Assembly (NCBI GenBank): GCA_032718475.1
Contig: JAUCBJ010004415.1
Coordinates: 39,761 to 103,760 of the forward strand
Length of the DNA: 64,000 bases
Source of the DNA: Nemertoderma westbladi
Taxonomy: Eukaryota; Animalia; Xenacoelomorpha
Direction: 5' to 3'
A program made the translations under genes and the position numbers. Below, piece after piece: positions 49,401-63,068 of this stretch (positions within the stretch are counted from its first letter, which is position 1; every line of letters starts with the position of its first letter). The notes under the pieces are model-generated. The model was not told the DNA's origin. It saw nothing but the letters and a program-made list of their open reading frames with translations, and made no database searches.

Positions 49401-50846
49401 GAATTAGGGCATCGATTTTGAACAATTCTTCACGATCTTCACAAACGTCGCGATCTTCGCAATATTTTGTGTTTAACAATACTATAGGTGGAGCTTCGCA
49501 ACCATCCCGATCTTTGCGAATGTTCTAGAATATTTTTTTTAAATGAAAGAATACCGATTAATAACAAATATTATAGTTTTATATTAAAATATTTATGTTC
49601 TAGAACAAAATATATTAGTTCTAGAGAAAAAAGTACTTTTAAATTTTTAGAATATCTTCAAAATTTTTACGAAGATTGCGAAAAACGCAAAATTTCGCAG
49701 ACATCGCGATTTTTGTGAAATACAGTATCAGAACCTTTATTAATATTATTTAACAATGCTATAGGCGGGGTTCGCAAACATTTCCAAATTTCTGGAAGGC
49801 CTACACCAATACATGGAATTCTAGAATATTATTTTACTCCATATATTAATATATATATATATATATATAACATTCATATATATATATATATATCACAAAC
49901 GTCGTGATCTTCGCGATATTTTGTGTTTACCAATTACTAAAGGTTAAACTTTGCAAATGTCGCGATCTTTGCGAAATTTTGTGTTTAACAATACGGTGGA
50001 GCTTCGCAAACGTTGTGATCTTTGAGATATTTTGTGTTTACCAATACTATAGGTGGAGCTTCACAAACGTCGCGATCTTCGCGATATTTTGTGTTTACCA
50101 ATACTATAGGTGGAGCTTCGCAAAAGTCGTGATCTTCGCGATATTTTGTGTTTACCAATACTATAGGTGGAGCTTCACAAACGTCGCGATCTTCGCGATA
50201 TTTTGTGTTTACCAATACTATAGGTGGAGCTTCGCAAAAGTCGTGATCTACGCGAACGTTCTAGAACATTTTTTAAAAAGTAAGAAAATCTATAATGAAA
50301 AATATATTATTTAAAATTTTTCTAGAATAAAATATATTATTAGTTCTAGAGAAAAAAAAATATTTTTAATTAAAATAGCTAACATGTACTATAGTATATA
50401 TAATATATGACACTATTAGTATTAGTATTGTTCACAGAATTCTAGAATGTTATATATATACAGACAGATGGTATAAAATTGTATTCTAGAAGTCCATGTA
50501 TTTGTGTTGGCTATCCAGAAATTTTGCTATTTTTGCGTCACTGTACCTATAATGGTATTAATAAATAATATTATTAAAGGTTGAGAAATTTTTTTATTGA
50601 AGCTCCACCTATAGTATTGGTAAACACAAAATTTCGCAAAGATCGCGACATTCGCGAAGCTCCACCTATAGTATTTGTAAACACAAAATCTCATGAAGAT
50701 GGCGACGTTTGCGAAGCTCCACCTATAGTATTGTTAAACACAAAATATCGCGACGTTTGCAAAATTTCGCGATTTTCGCAATAATCACGACGTTTTCGAA
50801 GAGTGCGAAAATCGCGAAGAAATGCTCAAAATCGTTGCCTTACTCC
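49401..50846. mobile_element. Foldback-like TIR element with 57-bp subterminal tandem repeats
   Basis: Imperfect TIR GAATTAGGGCATCGATTTTGAAC / GGAGTAAGGCAACGATTTTGAGC; duplication TTTCGA; inverted arrays of a 57-bp unit; interrupts the BEL 'WLETHSW' codons. Confidence 0.85.
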
Positions 50847-53800
50847 TTTCGAGCCACATCTGTTGGACTAAACTCCGAGCAACTAGGATTACAGGACTAA
50901 TAAATCCCAATGGATTAAAATAAGAGCTCAGAATACTTAGGCAAATCATCTTAGTTCAAATAGGTTTGTTGAGTTTCTTTAATTGAAAGAATATCCCAGT
51001 TTAAACCGAGGGTCTTAGTTTCTGGGAGGTCGTCTTTAATAAGGTTGAGATCTTTAGCACCACACTCTTCTACTGGGATCACCTCCAGAAACTCACGGGA
51101 GTTGCTGTTGAACTTGGTTAATCGGAATCCACCACATTGGAGACACTCTACCATTCCCTTGGCAACCTCGATCGCTTCTTCCACTGGTGGTAAGGATTTG
51201 AGGTTATCGTCCATATAAATGTCTCGTTTGATGTTATCGATCATGGCTTTAGGGGAGGCATCTCGATTTTCGTCGGCAGTGGTATGCACCACTGAGCAAG
51301 TGTTAGACGGACTAGAGATAATGTCAAAAGCCTGGATGGGATAGTCATCCAGTACTCTACTGGTTCTTTATCGAAGTCTCCTTGTGGCCACCATAGGAAC
51401 CGTAAGCTAGCTCTGTCCCATTACAATTCATTTAACTTGAAGAAACATGCCTTGGATGTTGGAGGCTACTACTAGGATTGGCATGCTGCATTGCAGCTGC
51501 ATTTTTAAGAATGCTGTGCCAGGTTTGGATGCTGGAGGCAAATGTGATGGAGTATTGACAGAGCCGTAATAATATACCCAACAGCAATTGTATTAAGTTG
51601 GGTCCCAGCAATAATTCTGAGTTTAGGGACTGACCTTTGTATAAGGCGGAGCCGTCAAACACTACCCAGACTTCATTGGGTTTACCAAGTTTGGGAACGT
51701 AATGTGTGCGTCAAATAATACGTTCTTTCTGTCACCGGGGTTTCTGCGGGAACTCACTCCGCATATCCCTTATCAATGAACTTTTTAAGCTGAGTTTTAT
51801 ACATCTCTTTAGCTTTCTTGTTCATGGATAAACGTCAGTGTAATTGTTCGATTATTTTAACGGCAACAGTCGATTGTTAATGAAGCTGGGTTCTCGTTTC
51901 CTGAAAGGTAAACCTATCTCGTAATGGCCCTCTTCCTTGAGATAGCGAGTTATCGTAGCTTGGATTTGTTTAGCTCTCTCTTCCTGTACGGAGAGAGTTT
52001 TATCATATGAGTTAGGTTCAACAGCTTCTTGTGTAAAGAATCTTACCGCATGTTCATCTCTCAGCTTTGCATTGTATCGCTCCACCACAACATTGAGTTC
52101 ATGATCTTCATATGCTAATAATTCATTACTCTGTTGAATTATTCTGTTTGGTTAGACTAGGCTTGATTTTAGGTGAGTGGTCCTATGACATTATGCTCAT
52201 CATACAATACCTGGATATCGTCGTTATCTGAGGAACATGGAGTTTCCTCAGCTGGGATTATTTCCTCCTATATTCTCAGTTCTTTCTCTTAGGGTTTGTT
52301 TTGATGTACCTGTGAAATTCCAACCTACCTGAGTTCTTGCTGCTTAAGTCTGTAGCGGTTGTGGCTTGACAGGTCTCTTCTCTAATGTGACTAACTCTTC
52401 ATGAGCATTTTGCCCTATCACTAACTGGTCTTTGGGATAGTCGGTCTTAAATCTGGGGACCTTATACTGACTGGAAAAGTTATCCTCATCCCAGTCATAA
52501 GGTACTACCTGACAGGTGGCAAAGTTCTTAATAGCTACCATTTATTTTTTTTTATCTACAATTTCCAAATAATCCATTACATTTCCAAATAAATGTATAA
52601 TTCATTATAAATTAGATAAATAATATCTCCAATGAGAAATAATCATAGATTAGGTCTGGAATATCATTAAGTAGGTCGAAATCTAATGGACAAAATAATT
52701 ACAGTACGTTAATTTAGAGAAATATTTCGATTTAAGTAAAAATAATACCAGAAATTATGTAGAATAAGCGCACATTACGAACTCCCTAGCTATATAGGGA
52801 GGGCCTTGCAAACGGAAGTTGTGTATAGTAAGGAAGTTTGTAGCAGCAACTATGGCACAAAGACAGATTCAGCAAACGAGACAGGACAACTCATCCAAAT
52901 GAGACCACGGATGATCAATCATGTTAGAATCCACCGAATGACATCTGGAACAAACCACCAGTGGATATTATCAACATTTACCATGCCATAACAAAGTTCA
53001 TGACATCCAGGATCTCTTTCGTGTCAACCACGAGAGTCACCTCATTGGAATGTACAGAACACCGGTAATAGACAATGCTGTAGCGAAGTATCTTCATTGC
53101 ATCACCTCCAGCAAGGAATAAAACTTTGGAATCCCAATGTCCACGAAGCAGCCATCGCGAAAACAGTGGAAGAGATTTATTGAAGCAGTTCGCAAGGAAG
53201 TATTCATTATATTCGATGACAAAGGAACAACCAAGTGACTTATTGGAGTTTTTCGTAATGCACACAGAACGATGCAGCTGCACTCCCTAACTAGTTGGAC
53301 GCACAGGTTTTGTATATGGTGTGTACAGCGCCCTATGGACTTGGACTTCCAGACATCAGCAACATATATGGATTGGCCACCTACAGACCTATGATGGGAC
53401 TTATATGTCATAAGCACATGAACAGGAAAACATTCAAAGACTGTTATGGATCCCAGCTCACCATCGACATAGTTTGGGAAGCTGACAGCTGCTAGCCCTG
53501 CTCGAGTTCTTTATGACCATCATCATGGGTGAAGAACTGAACAAGTTTCTCGTTTCGGACCAAGCTGTCAGTATCTGCGAGTTGATAGGGATTGAAATCG
53601 GACCACTAGTCGACTTCCCTGGCTCTAAAGGTGACACCGTATCGTATCCAAAGTATCCAAGTTTCTTACCAATACGGGAGTGGAGACACCACAAAACTGC
53701 TGGATTAGAGGATAGTGGGAGAGGGAGGATCAGTAAATGGAGGATCAGGAGCAGATCGACGCATATCACCGCATGCTGACGATCTGCACTTGAAGCTCCT

Positions 53801-55574
53801 TCCAATACCCGGACGTTATCCAAACTCACCCTAGCTGGTTTGAAATCAGAACATCGCATCATTGTTACTACAACAACTCGCGTCAATACATTTGATGAAA
53901 CGCTAACCATAGTATTCTCTCCATGAGTAACACTAGTAGGCCAAGGATATTGCGACACGGACTGGCGAGATGGTAAGTAATTCTGAGTAGCATTCAACCA
54001 ACGAACACGGCACGGCTTCCCGGTTCGAGTATATTGAACAACCAGGACCATCCTCTGCCATCTTCGGATACAAAGAAGAAGTTGCGATTTACAGGAGTTT
54101 CAGGCCATGTTGACAGACCGACAGTCATGATGATCACGAATGTACCAAAGCCATAGACGGCTTGACTGTCTATACCAACATATCCACCAGACATGCGTCT
54201 ATTGTGACAAGAACCACCACCTCCTTAAAGCATGTCCGATCATGCATAACCTATGCCAGGATTGTTTTTTCCGGGGACATCTCGAGCGAGATTGCAAGAA
54301 GGGAACAGCAATGGAGCAATTGCAATATTCGTTAAATACTCCGAAGTTTTGATTTCAATGCATTTTTATGGGTTTTCTGGCCCGCTTAATCGATTGAAAG
54401 TAATATAGAAGACTCAATTTTTAGTGGTACATCATTTTTGGTGCACCAAAATTAGGGCGTGGCAAGTAGGCTTACTTCAAATTTTCATAATTACGATATT
54501 CAGAAAATACCACAAGGTTTTCATTTCAATCCATTTTTCTAGGTTATCTGGACCGCTGAATCGATTGAAAGTAATATTGAAGCTTCGTCATTATTACTGG
54601 TACACCACCATTAGGGCGTGGCACTTTTTCAAAATTTGAATAAGTGCCACTCCCTAATTTTGGTGCACCAAAAATGCCGAACCACTAAGTCTTCAGGCTT
54701 CTATAATACTTTCAATTGATTCAGCGGTCCAGAAAACCTATAAATGTGCGTTGAAATCTCAACTTTGGTTTATTTTCCGAATCTCGTATTTTTCAATATT
54801 TGAAGTGCCACACCCTAATTTTGGTGGTCCAAAAAGGACGATCCACTAAGTCTTCAGGCTTCGATAATATTTTCAATCGATTCAGCGTCCAGAAAACATA
54901 TAAAAACGCGTTGAAATCAAAAGATGGGGGTATTTTCCGAATATCGTATTTTTCAAAATTTGAAGTGCCACACCCACTTCTTAGGTGCAAAAATAGCATC
55001 TAGTTAAATTTTAGGAAATGGAATATAATCACATTCGATTCAGCGTAGTGAAAAACCTACTAATGCTAGCCAACAATGCCACACTATTAGATTTTAGAAT
55101 ATCAAAAAAATTTATATTTTGTCCTGGGACAACTTCTATTTTTCATGAAAATTATTATACCCACCAAATGAAATTTTCATTTTTTTGGATTGGAAAATGG
55201 TCTTCGATAATTTTTTCACCTACAGCCCAAATTTCGTAGGATTTTATTGGATGGTTACAAAAATACAGCGGGGGGCCGAATCGACCCCCCGCCAGTGCTG
55301 CTCATGGTCTAAACACCCCAGTGGTAATAGGATTAAGTGCCCTACGTACCCTATGTGCCTTAATGTGTGCGAGTGTCCTACGTGCCCTACAGTACTTGCC
55401 CAAATGTACCTTATCACTTACAATGTGTCTAACCGTCTGCGTGTGCCCTACGTGTCTTACCATGTGCGAGTGTCCTACGTGCCATACGTGTCCTATGTAC
55501 CATATTATCGCTTATCGCATACGAAGTGCCTTACCGTGTGCGTGTGGCCCTACATGCCCTATGTGTCCTATTTA

Positions 55575-57210
55575 CCTTATCGCCCTTATTTATTTTATAC
55601 ATTATGTAAAAACAATAACAAATACACCAAACAATGTACCGGTATAAAGGTATTGTCCAACATAACATATAGGATTATGTACCCCTAAAGCTTTGCAGCT
55701 TATTTCCAAGGGGGTCCTTTATGTTACTTGGTTACAAATACAATATTACACTACGCTAACCTAAAACCAATATAAAACGTAATTACACTATGTACATGTA
55801 CAACTTTACCGAGAGCGTGACAATGTCCGACTCAACGATAAAGATGTAATGTACAGAACAATTTAATATAAAACATAATTACAGTATAATTAGTAAATAA
55901 TTAATAAACTAATAACTTACTGTAGGACTATTGTACCTATTTTTACATTGCACACGGAGGTGAGATTTAACTGCAGATTTAAAAGAATGTTGATTATCTA
56001 GGTTTTTAATTTCATTTGGCAGAGCTTTCCAATTTTTAATGCCGTTAAAAAAGAAAGTATCAGATTCGAAGGATTTACAATTCGGGAGGTAGAAGTTTGA
56101 AGCACTAGCTCTGGTACTGTAAGAGTGTGTATCGCGCACCCTGTTTAATTTTTGATTTAGGTAATTGTGACATTTACCATTATACACTTTATGCACATGG
56201 TTAAGGCGTAGCTGCTTAACTCTACTATCTAAGTTAAGTAGTCCAGATTCAGAAAAGTCATCTGGAGTTAGGTGGTGCCTAGGTTTGTAATCTTTAATAA
56301 ATCGTACTATTTGTAATTTACATTTAAGCTGTTTGGTTAAGCCTTCATACCAAGAAGAGCATGCATAGTCCATGTGACACTGTATTAAGGAAGAGCAAAG
56401 TAACTTGCGGGAGTCGGTATTTAAACTATTTTTATTTCTGTATAGAAACCTAAGCCTACTGTTAACTTTCGAGAAAATATTTTTCACTGTACTTTCTCCT
56501 GATAAGCAGTTATCCAATGTGGCGCCTAAATATTTAACTTCCCTTTTATTTTCAATCTTATGTCCATTACTAGTGACTTCAAACTTAGTTACCTTCTTTA
56601 ACTTTCTTTTGGAACCAAACAAAATACTTTCAGTCTTACCGTAGTGAATGGATAGCTTATTATCAACCAACCACTCATTACAGGATTCTAGAACTGCACT
56701 TAACTTTTGGGAAATATGGATAGGATCTTTATGAGAGAAAATAAGAGCACTGTCGTCGGCATATAAAATGAGTTTAAAATCGGAATCTATACTACTTATC
56801 ATATCATTTACATAGCATACAAAAAGCAGAGGACCTAATATACTACCTTGCGGTACACCACAGGTAATCTCTTGTACAGTAGACTGCGATTTGCTAATGA
56901 CTACAGTTTGACCTCTGTCTGACAGGTAGGACTTGAACCAGTCTATAGAACCTACACCCATCCGGCCTAACTTACCAAGCATAATTTCGTGATCTACAGT
57001 ATCGAAAGCCTTTTGTAGGTCCAACATTACCATACCAGTATATATACCCTTTGCGTTGTTACATCTAATTGTATCAGTTAAGTTAATAAGGCAGGTGTCT
57101 GTTGAATATGATTTACGAAAGCCGGACTGAAGTTCATAGATCAGATTTAGCCTACTAAGATGTGCTTCCAGCTGTAGAAAAACAGAACGTTCTAGAATTT
57201 TAGATACACT
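55575..57210 (-). mobile_element. Second, shorter copy of the CR1/L2-group LINE
   Basis: ORF 55909-57033 is nearly identical to the 44415-46428 product; the 3' UTR is shared. Confidence 0.92.
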
Positions 57211-57234
57211 GCAATACTGTAATTACAGGGTTCT

Positions 57235-57385
57235 CGATGTTAAATAGTTAAGAGTACCGTTTAACTGGGAGCAAATCTTGGGATAGGAGTAGCGCCCACC
57301 CCTACCCTCGGGTAGCAGCTGTCGAAAGAGGAGCCTTCGGGTCGCCTCCGGCTTCGGCCGACTGTTTGCTTTTGCTTTTGCTTGC
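57235..57385 (+). repeat. SINE/LINE 3' tail-like structured segment
   Basis: GGAGTAGCGCCC.CCCCTAC.CTCGG.TAGCAGCT..GAAAG.GGAGCCTTCGGGTCGCC followed by a (TTTGCT)n tail; resembles invertebrate SINE tails from memory only. Confidence 0.5.
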
Positions 57386-57841
57386 GATGTGTATTACGAT
57401 GTGTATGATGGGCATACGATGTGTATTACTGTGTGTGAATATGTCTTATTGTGTGCGAGTGCATATGATGTGTCTTACCGTGTGTGTGCAAATATGTCTT
57501 ACTACGTGTGATTGCATATGATGTGTCTTACCATGTGCGACTGCATATGATGTGTCCTACCGTGTGCGCTGTCAGACTGTGTCGAATATACACAGTGTAA
57601 TAAATAATGAAAGTAAACTGTGAGACTGTTTATTAAGGTATATACAGCAATGCAGTATACTATAAATATAGAAAAATTAGAAAATGGTGTAAAAGATAAG
57701 TATTTGGGTGGAAATACTAGTAAACTGCGATGTGTGAAGGATGTAACAAAAATTGTGTGGTAATGTGATAGTAAAGTTAAAATTACACACCGCAGTTTAC
57801 CCACTAGTGATTTAGCCGCCTTCACTGTGAGAGAGTATTAA

Positions 57842-59360
57842 GGGGGGGGTATAGTAATTTTGGTAAAAAAATTTGATTTTTTTTTTATAATTTCATCAAG
57901 AGCAGAATTTTATGAGGATTTTAAATCTGAAAACGGCTTGACCATATCTATTTAACTTCTCGAGTTGTGGCGGATTTTCTAACTGTATGTCGGTCTGTCT
58001 GATCAAAATTATTATAAAGCACCTGTCGGTTTGCCTGACGTAGTCTAAGAAAGCACTCCATATACTACTATAACAATAGCTACTATAACTATAACGTTTG
58101 TTACCGTGTTTTAATTCGGTAACTTAATTTCCCGAGTCAGTTCTAATATTTTTCAGAATCTAGACTGCTATATGTCTGTCTAAACATTTGTCTGTCTGTC
58201 GGTCAGTCTGTCGAAATGTAAACGCGACCCAGCTAAAATTTCTGTTCTAAGGGTTTTCTTGGTCAGAGATTTCATTTCTGAAGTCAGTTTTTACATTTGA
58301 CGACGCCGTGTCTGTCTTTGTGGATGTCGGTCTGTCAGTCAGTCTGTCAAAATATTACTGACAGTCGGATAACCAAACATACAGTTTGGCTGCCATCAAA
58401 CGAAAAAACTGTCATTGGAAATGAAATCACCATCCAGAAAAACCCTAACAGAAAAATTGTTGTCTAAGTGAAAACTTGTGAATATTGTGAAAAATTGTGA
58501 AAACTAAAATATGAAAAATTGCATTTTATTCCATAGTGGGGAAAAGTTAACTTTTCGTAATAGTAATAAAAAGTTAACTTTTCTTAATAGTAATAAAAAG
58601 TTAACATCTATCCTCTAGTAAATGATTTCAGAACTACTTATTTTGTTTTGTATTAGTCTTAATTCAAGTTTCATGTTAGTCATATGTGTAATACTCTAAT
58701 ATTCTAATAAATAAGTAATATTTGTTCTATAAATAAAGCTTCACTTAATTTCTCGTGCTGCGCGAAGGCTTTTTTTCATCCTGCTAAATATTGTTAAAAT
58801 CTATTTTGTTATGTTGCCAATTTGTTTTTGTTTGTTACTTTTATTAGGTACAAAATTGGCACCAAAGATTGATTCGAAAAATACTACACAAAGGAAAAGG
58901 GAAAAAAATCCATATTACTAAAAATGGCGGGAAGGTTTGAATTATTATAACCGAACTTTAAAGCGATTTCACTCAAAACTATTTTTTTAACATATTAAAA
59001 AATGGGAAACACGTTTTCTCCGCCATTTGTTAAATAAAATTTGCCATTTGTTATTCTGCTCGTTCACTTTGATGCGGGTATAATTCTCATTAAAACAAAA
59101 AAATAATTTTAAAAATCCATTGAGAACTAAATGAGAAATCGTGTTTCTACTGTTTCGTAATTTGTCCTCATTAATTATGTTAATTTATGCATAATTAAGC
59201 TAATTACGTTAATTATTGTGGATTTTTTTTGTTAAGTTAATGACCCATCTTTTAGCTTTGAAATGGGACTATATTCAAGAAAAACCATTCATATCTTCAA
59301 AAGTTACACGCTAAATACATAAACCCACCAAATCGTTGTAAAATTACTATACCCCCCCCC
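57842..59360. mobile_element. Kolobok-type non-autonomous element
   Basis: TTAA|GGGGGGGGTATAGTAATTTT...AAAATTACTATACCCCCCCCC|TTAA. Confidence 0.85.
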
Positions 59361-60208
59361 TTAAAGCACTCCAAGATGCCTTAACCCTATAAGAACCAGG
59401 CAGGTCGTATTCAGAAAAAAAGAGACCTAGCCTCATAGTGATTACCAATATATGCGAATCGGGAACTGAACGTTCTGAGTGCTGATTGGTCGCAGCTCGT
59501 CCCTCATTGGTCGGAGCTACTGGTTGGCCAAACAGTTAGGCTTCGATCCTATTGCACCTATGGGCTGGCGTGGGCAGGAGGTCGATGACATGGGTCATGT
59601 GACTTACAAACGTATCAGCGTTTGAGAACCCAAACGTGATCCCACTGGACAAACATAACCGAATTGATAAATATTTTTGTTCTAGAACATATTTTTTTTT
59701 GTTCTAGAACATTTTTTGGAAAAAATGAAATAGCTATAATTCATTGCAATTTATATTGTAAATCAATAATATTATAGTACTTTGGCTGAATTTAAACGTT
59801 ATTTGTTGAAATTAGCTAATAGCTGAGTGTTCTAGAACAAAAAAAAAAGCTTAGTCCTTTAGGGAACAATCACACTTGAATTATTTTCATAAAAACACAT
59901 TTAACACTATAAAAAAGTTTGATGAAAATGGTGACCCAAGGTGAACAAATGACAAAATAATTAATAGTGTCGAAGGTGAAGATGATGCAGCACTCTGACA
60001 ACCGTTCCACCGACTTATAACCACCTTTGGGAGATATATAGAGTTCGTAGAAGTGGTGGCTGAAGACCTTCACGTTCTCATTCCGGATGGCGATCCGAGA
60101 CCAGGATGGTCGATGACGCTGTTGCCTAACTCCCTTGGGGCTGAGCCCGAATAAATTAATACAAATTAATAATATTAATAAATAAAAACAGATTAAATAA
60201 ATAAAATT

Positions 60209-60429
60209 GTATATAAGTACAGCAGTAGCAGTACTGGTACTAGCTGGTACTATACTATATAAGTACAGCAGTAGCAGTACTGGTACTAGCTGGTACTATA
60301 CTATATAAGTACAGGAGTAGCAGTACTGGTACTAGCTGGTACTATACTATATAAGTACAGCAGTAGCAGTACTGGTACTAGCTGGTACTATACTATATAA
60401 GTACAGCAGTAGCAGTACTGGTACTAGCT
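60209..60429. repeat. 46-bp minisatellite (about 4.7 copies)
   Basis: Unit TATATAAGTACAGCAGTAGCAGTACTGGTACTAGCTGGTACTATAC. Confidence 0.9.
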
Positions 60430-62333
60430 TGGTTTTAATTTATGCAGTTCAGCAGTTTGTAGTTTATATAATGATATTGTAATCATATATTATAAATCAA
60501 TTAATATTGATTATATAATGTATTTTGTTGGCCTTTAATATATCATGGACACAGTTTAATTTTCCTTTTTTATCTGTTGCCTCAATATGTAGGCCTATTC
60601 TGTCAGTTTTTCGGAGAATTTATCTTCCTAGTTTAATGCACTCCTCACACAAAGCTCTGGCGTCGTATATTTTTCTTATTTTTCTCCGAACCTGTTTTAA
60701 TTGCATTAATTTCAAATTTCGTGCATTTCGAATCTCAAAAATTTTATGAAAATTTTTTTTAATTACTTTCAATTTAGTTTTGAAAAATAACTAGCTATAC
60801 GTAAGAATATGATATTTTTTATTTTATTTATGTTCTAGAATAGTGTATAATATTAAAATTTTATTCTAGAACTCTACAATCATAAAAATGTAGTGCTGAA
60901 CGGCACTGTTACCCATAAATGCCCTACTAGCACAGTTATAAAATAAGAACAAAATTATATTGTTCTAGAACCGTAATTTTCCAAATATATATCAAACTTA
61001 TTGTGAAAATGTAAACAATATTGTTAGTAAATCAAGTAAGAATATTAGTAATTATATTAAATAATGTTACATGACAATATTATTGTTTCGTTGTGTTACC
61101 GGTAGGCCTACCATTAATTACTAGAATGTTAATTGATGAAGTTGTCATAACATCTAATCAATGTCATCTCATATGTCATGTGTATGTCAATGTCATGTAT
61201 GTGTAGCAATAATTATTTGTTACTGCAACAGTAAATATAATAAATAATTATTTAAGAAACGAAACTAATTTATCATTATCAATAATTAGCACATAATATT
61301 ATATAGTACATAATCAAGAATCACGTTCTGACCACGTCTATAATTATATCTCTACTACTATAATGGCGCAAAAGTACGACTACTCCCCTGCAAGTTGCTA
61401 AATTGCCAATTTACCAGAAAGGCATTTCCTAAAGGAAATACAACCACGAAGGTAAGGAAAAATTAAACAAACGGCCACACTTTGGTTCGTTGCTTAGCCT
61501 CGTTTAGTAGCAATTGTCAATAATTAACTTCTATTCCCATGGAAACTAGAGTTCTCTGGAACTGTTGCTTTAACCTTTGAAAAAAGATTCAGTCCAAATT
61601 GTGGTTCAAATAACATACCGAGTTTCAGAAAATTTTGTAGTTCATGTCCAAATTACAGATTTTCTATCAAAATGCATCTACTTGTGAGTGGTTGTCATGG
61701 AAACTGAAAAATAGAACAATGTAATTCGGATGCTGAATAAGTCATATAGTGGGGGTAGGTGTTGGTCCCAACTCATAATACTATTAACTAGTGCTTCAAA
61801 TTATATTTATAATATAATTATAATTTTATAAATTTTAGCATCTGTTTAGTCTTGTTGCTATGGTAACTGGATTTTCTAATTAACCTCGAACCGGAACGGC
61901 TTGGATATGGACCTTATATGAGTTGCAAAACCCCAAGTTTATATATATTACAGTTCTGCTACAAATATAGTTATGAATATAGACTTGAATAAACTACAGT
62001 TACCATGGTAACTATATATTTCTGGAATGATTTGAGTTTCACTAAAAGTTCCAACTAGTGGTCCAGATAACACATACCCAGTTTCGTAAAATTTTATCGC
62101 GAAGTCTATGTCCAAATGAGTAATTTTTGTGTAAAAACATCTGTTTTCAGCGGTTGTCATGGTACAGTAACTGCAAAATAGAACAATCAAATTCGGACGC
62201 AAAATAAGTTATATAGTGGGGGTAGGGATTGGTCCCAAGTCATAACGCCTTAACCTCAGGCTTCAAATTAACATTTTATAAATTTTAACATCTGTTTAGC
62301 CCGGTTGCCAAGGTAACTGGAATTTCTATTTAA

Positions 62334-63034
62334 GGGGGGTACACCATTTTGGTCCAAAATATGTCGAAATTTTTTTTTTATGGTCTATTATAATGCACCC
62401 TTGAATCGTGTTTCCAAATCTGAAAACCGCTATTTAATAGCTGTTTTAGTTTTCAAGTTATGTTAATTTCCATTTAGGGAATCCTATTGAAATTACTATT
62501 ACTATGTATAATGAAAGGTCGATTATTTCCAAATATTTTTTTCATGAAATTGTCAACTTCAAAACCCTACTACTTCTACAATGTTTGAGTAATTAGTCTG
62601 AAACTTCCTGTAGGTGTCTAGATAGCCACCCTGCATAAAAGTATCAGACAACTTTTCGAAATTTTTTGTTAATAAAATTTAATACTATTTATAAAAAACC
62701 TAAAAATTTGCATAAATTTGCAGCGCCACCTAGCGGTGCAGAATTATTTTCACAACATTTCGCCTGATAGTTATGTTGCCCCATCTTTGATCTATCATAT
62801 AAAAAAACTTTCATGTGATTAGGTTCAAAACTGTAAAAGCCTTAGGGTTTTAAGCGCAACCAAGTTTTTTTTGTTGTTAACTAGTATTAACTAATATTAA
62901 ATAGCGAAAAAAAAAATTTTCTGACCTGTCATGTAGATTAGCATCTTAGGCACCTATATGCCAAATTTTAGCCAAAACCAAACAATTTTGAAACGCTGAG
63001 AGTGATAAATCGAAGAGTTGTCCGAAAATGGTGT

Positions 63035-63068
<34 letters not shown>
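62334..63068. mobile_element. Kolobok-type MITE inserted in a ~450-bp tandem repeat (61530-63190)
   Basis: TTAA|GGGGGGTACACCATTTT...AAAATGGTGTACCCC(C)n|TTAA; the empty site is visible in the neighbouring repeat unit (~61880, TTAACCTC). Confidence 0.88.

Larger units (their letters stand above)
42968..52545 (-). mobile_element. Older degenerate BEL element related to the young one, intron-less; 3' LTR at 42968-44164
   Basis: LTR TGTTCGCGCTTTT...TTTTACA plus PPT; frameshifted ORF3, integrase, RNase H, RT (DIYMDD) and protease-adjacent fragments, all homologous to 6142-14660; interrupted by a LINE and a foldback element. Confidence 0.9.

Noticed and set aside
49890-50260. CRISPR-like arrays (also 20575-20702 and 60209-60429)
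   Set aside because: They are head-to-tail repeats without unique spacers, in a eukaryotic context with no cas genes.
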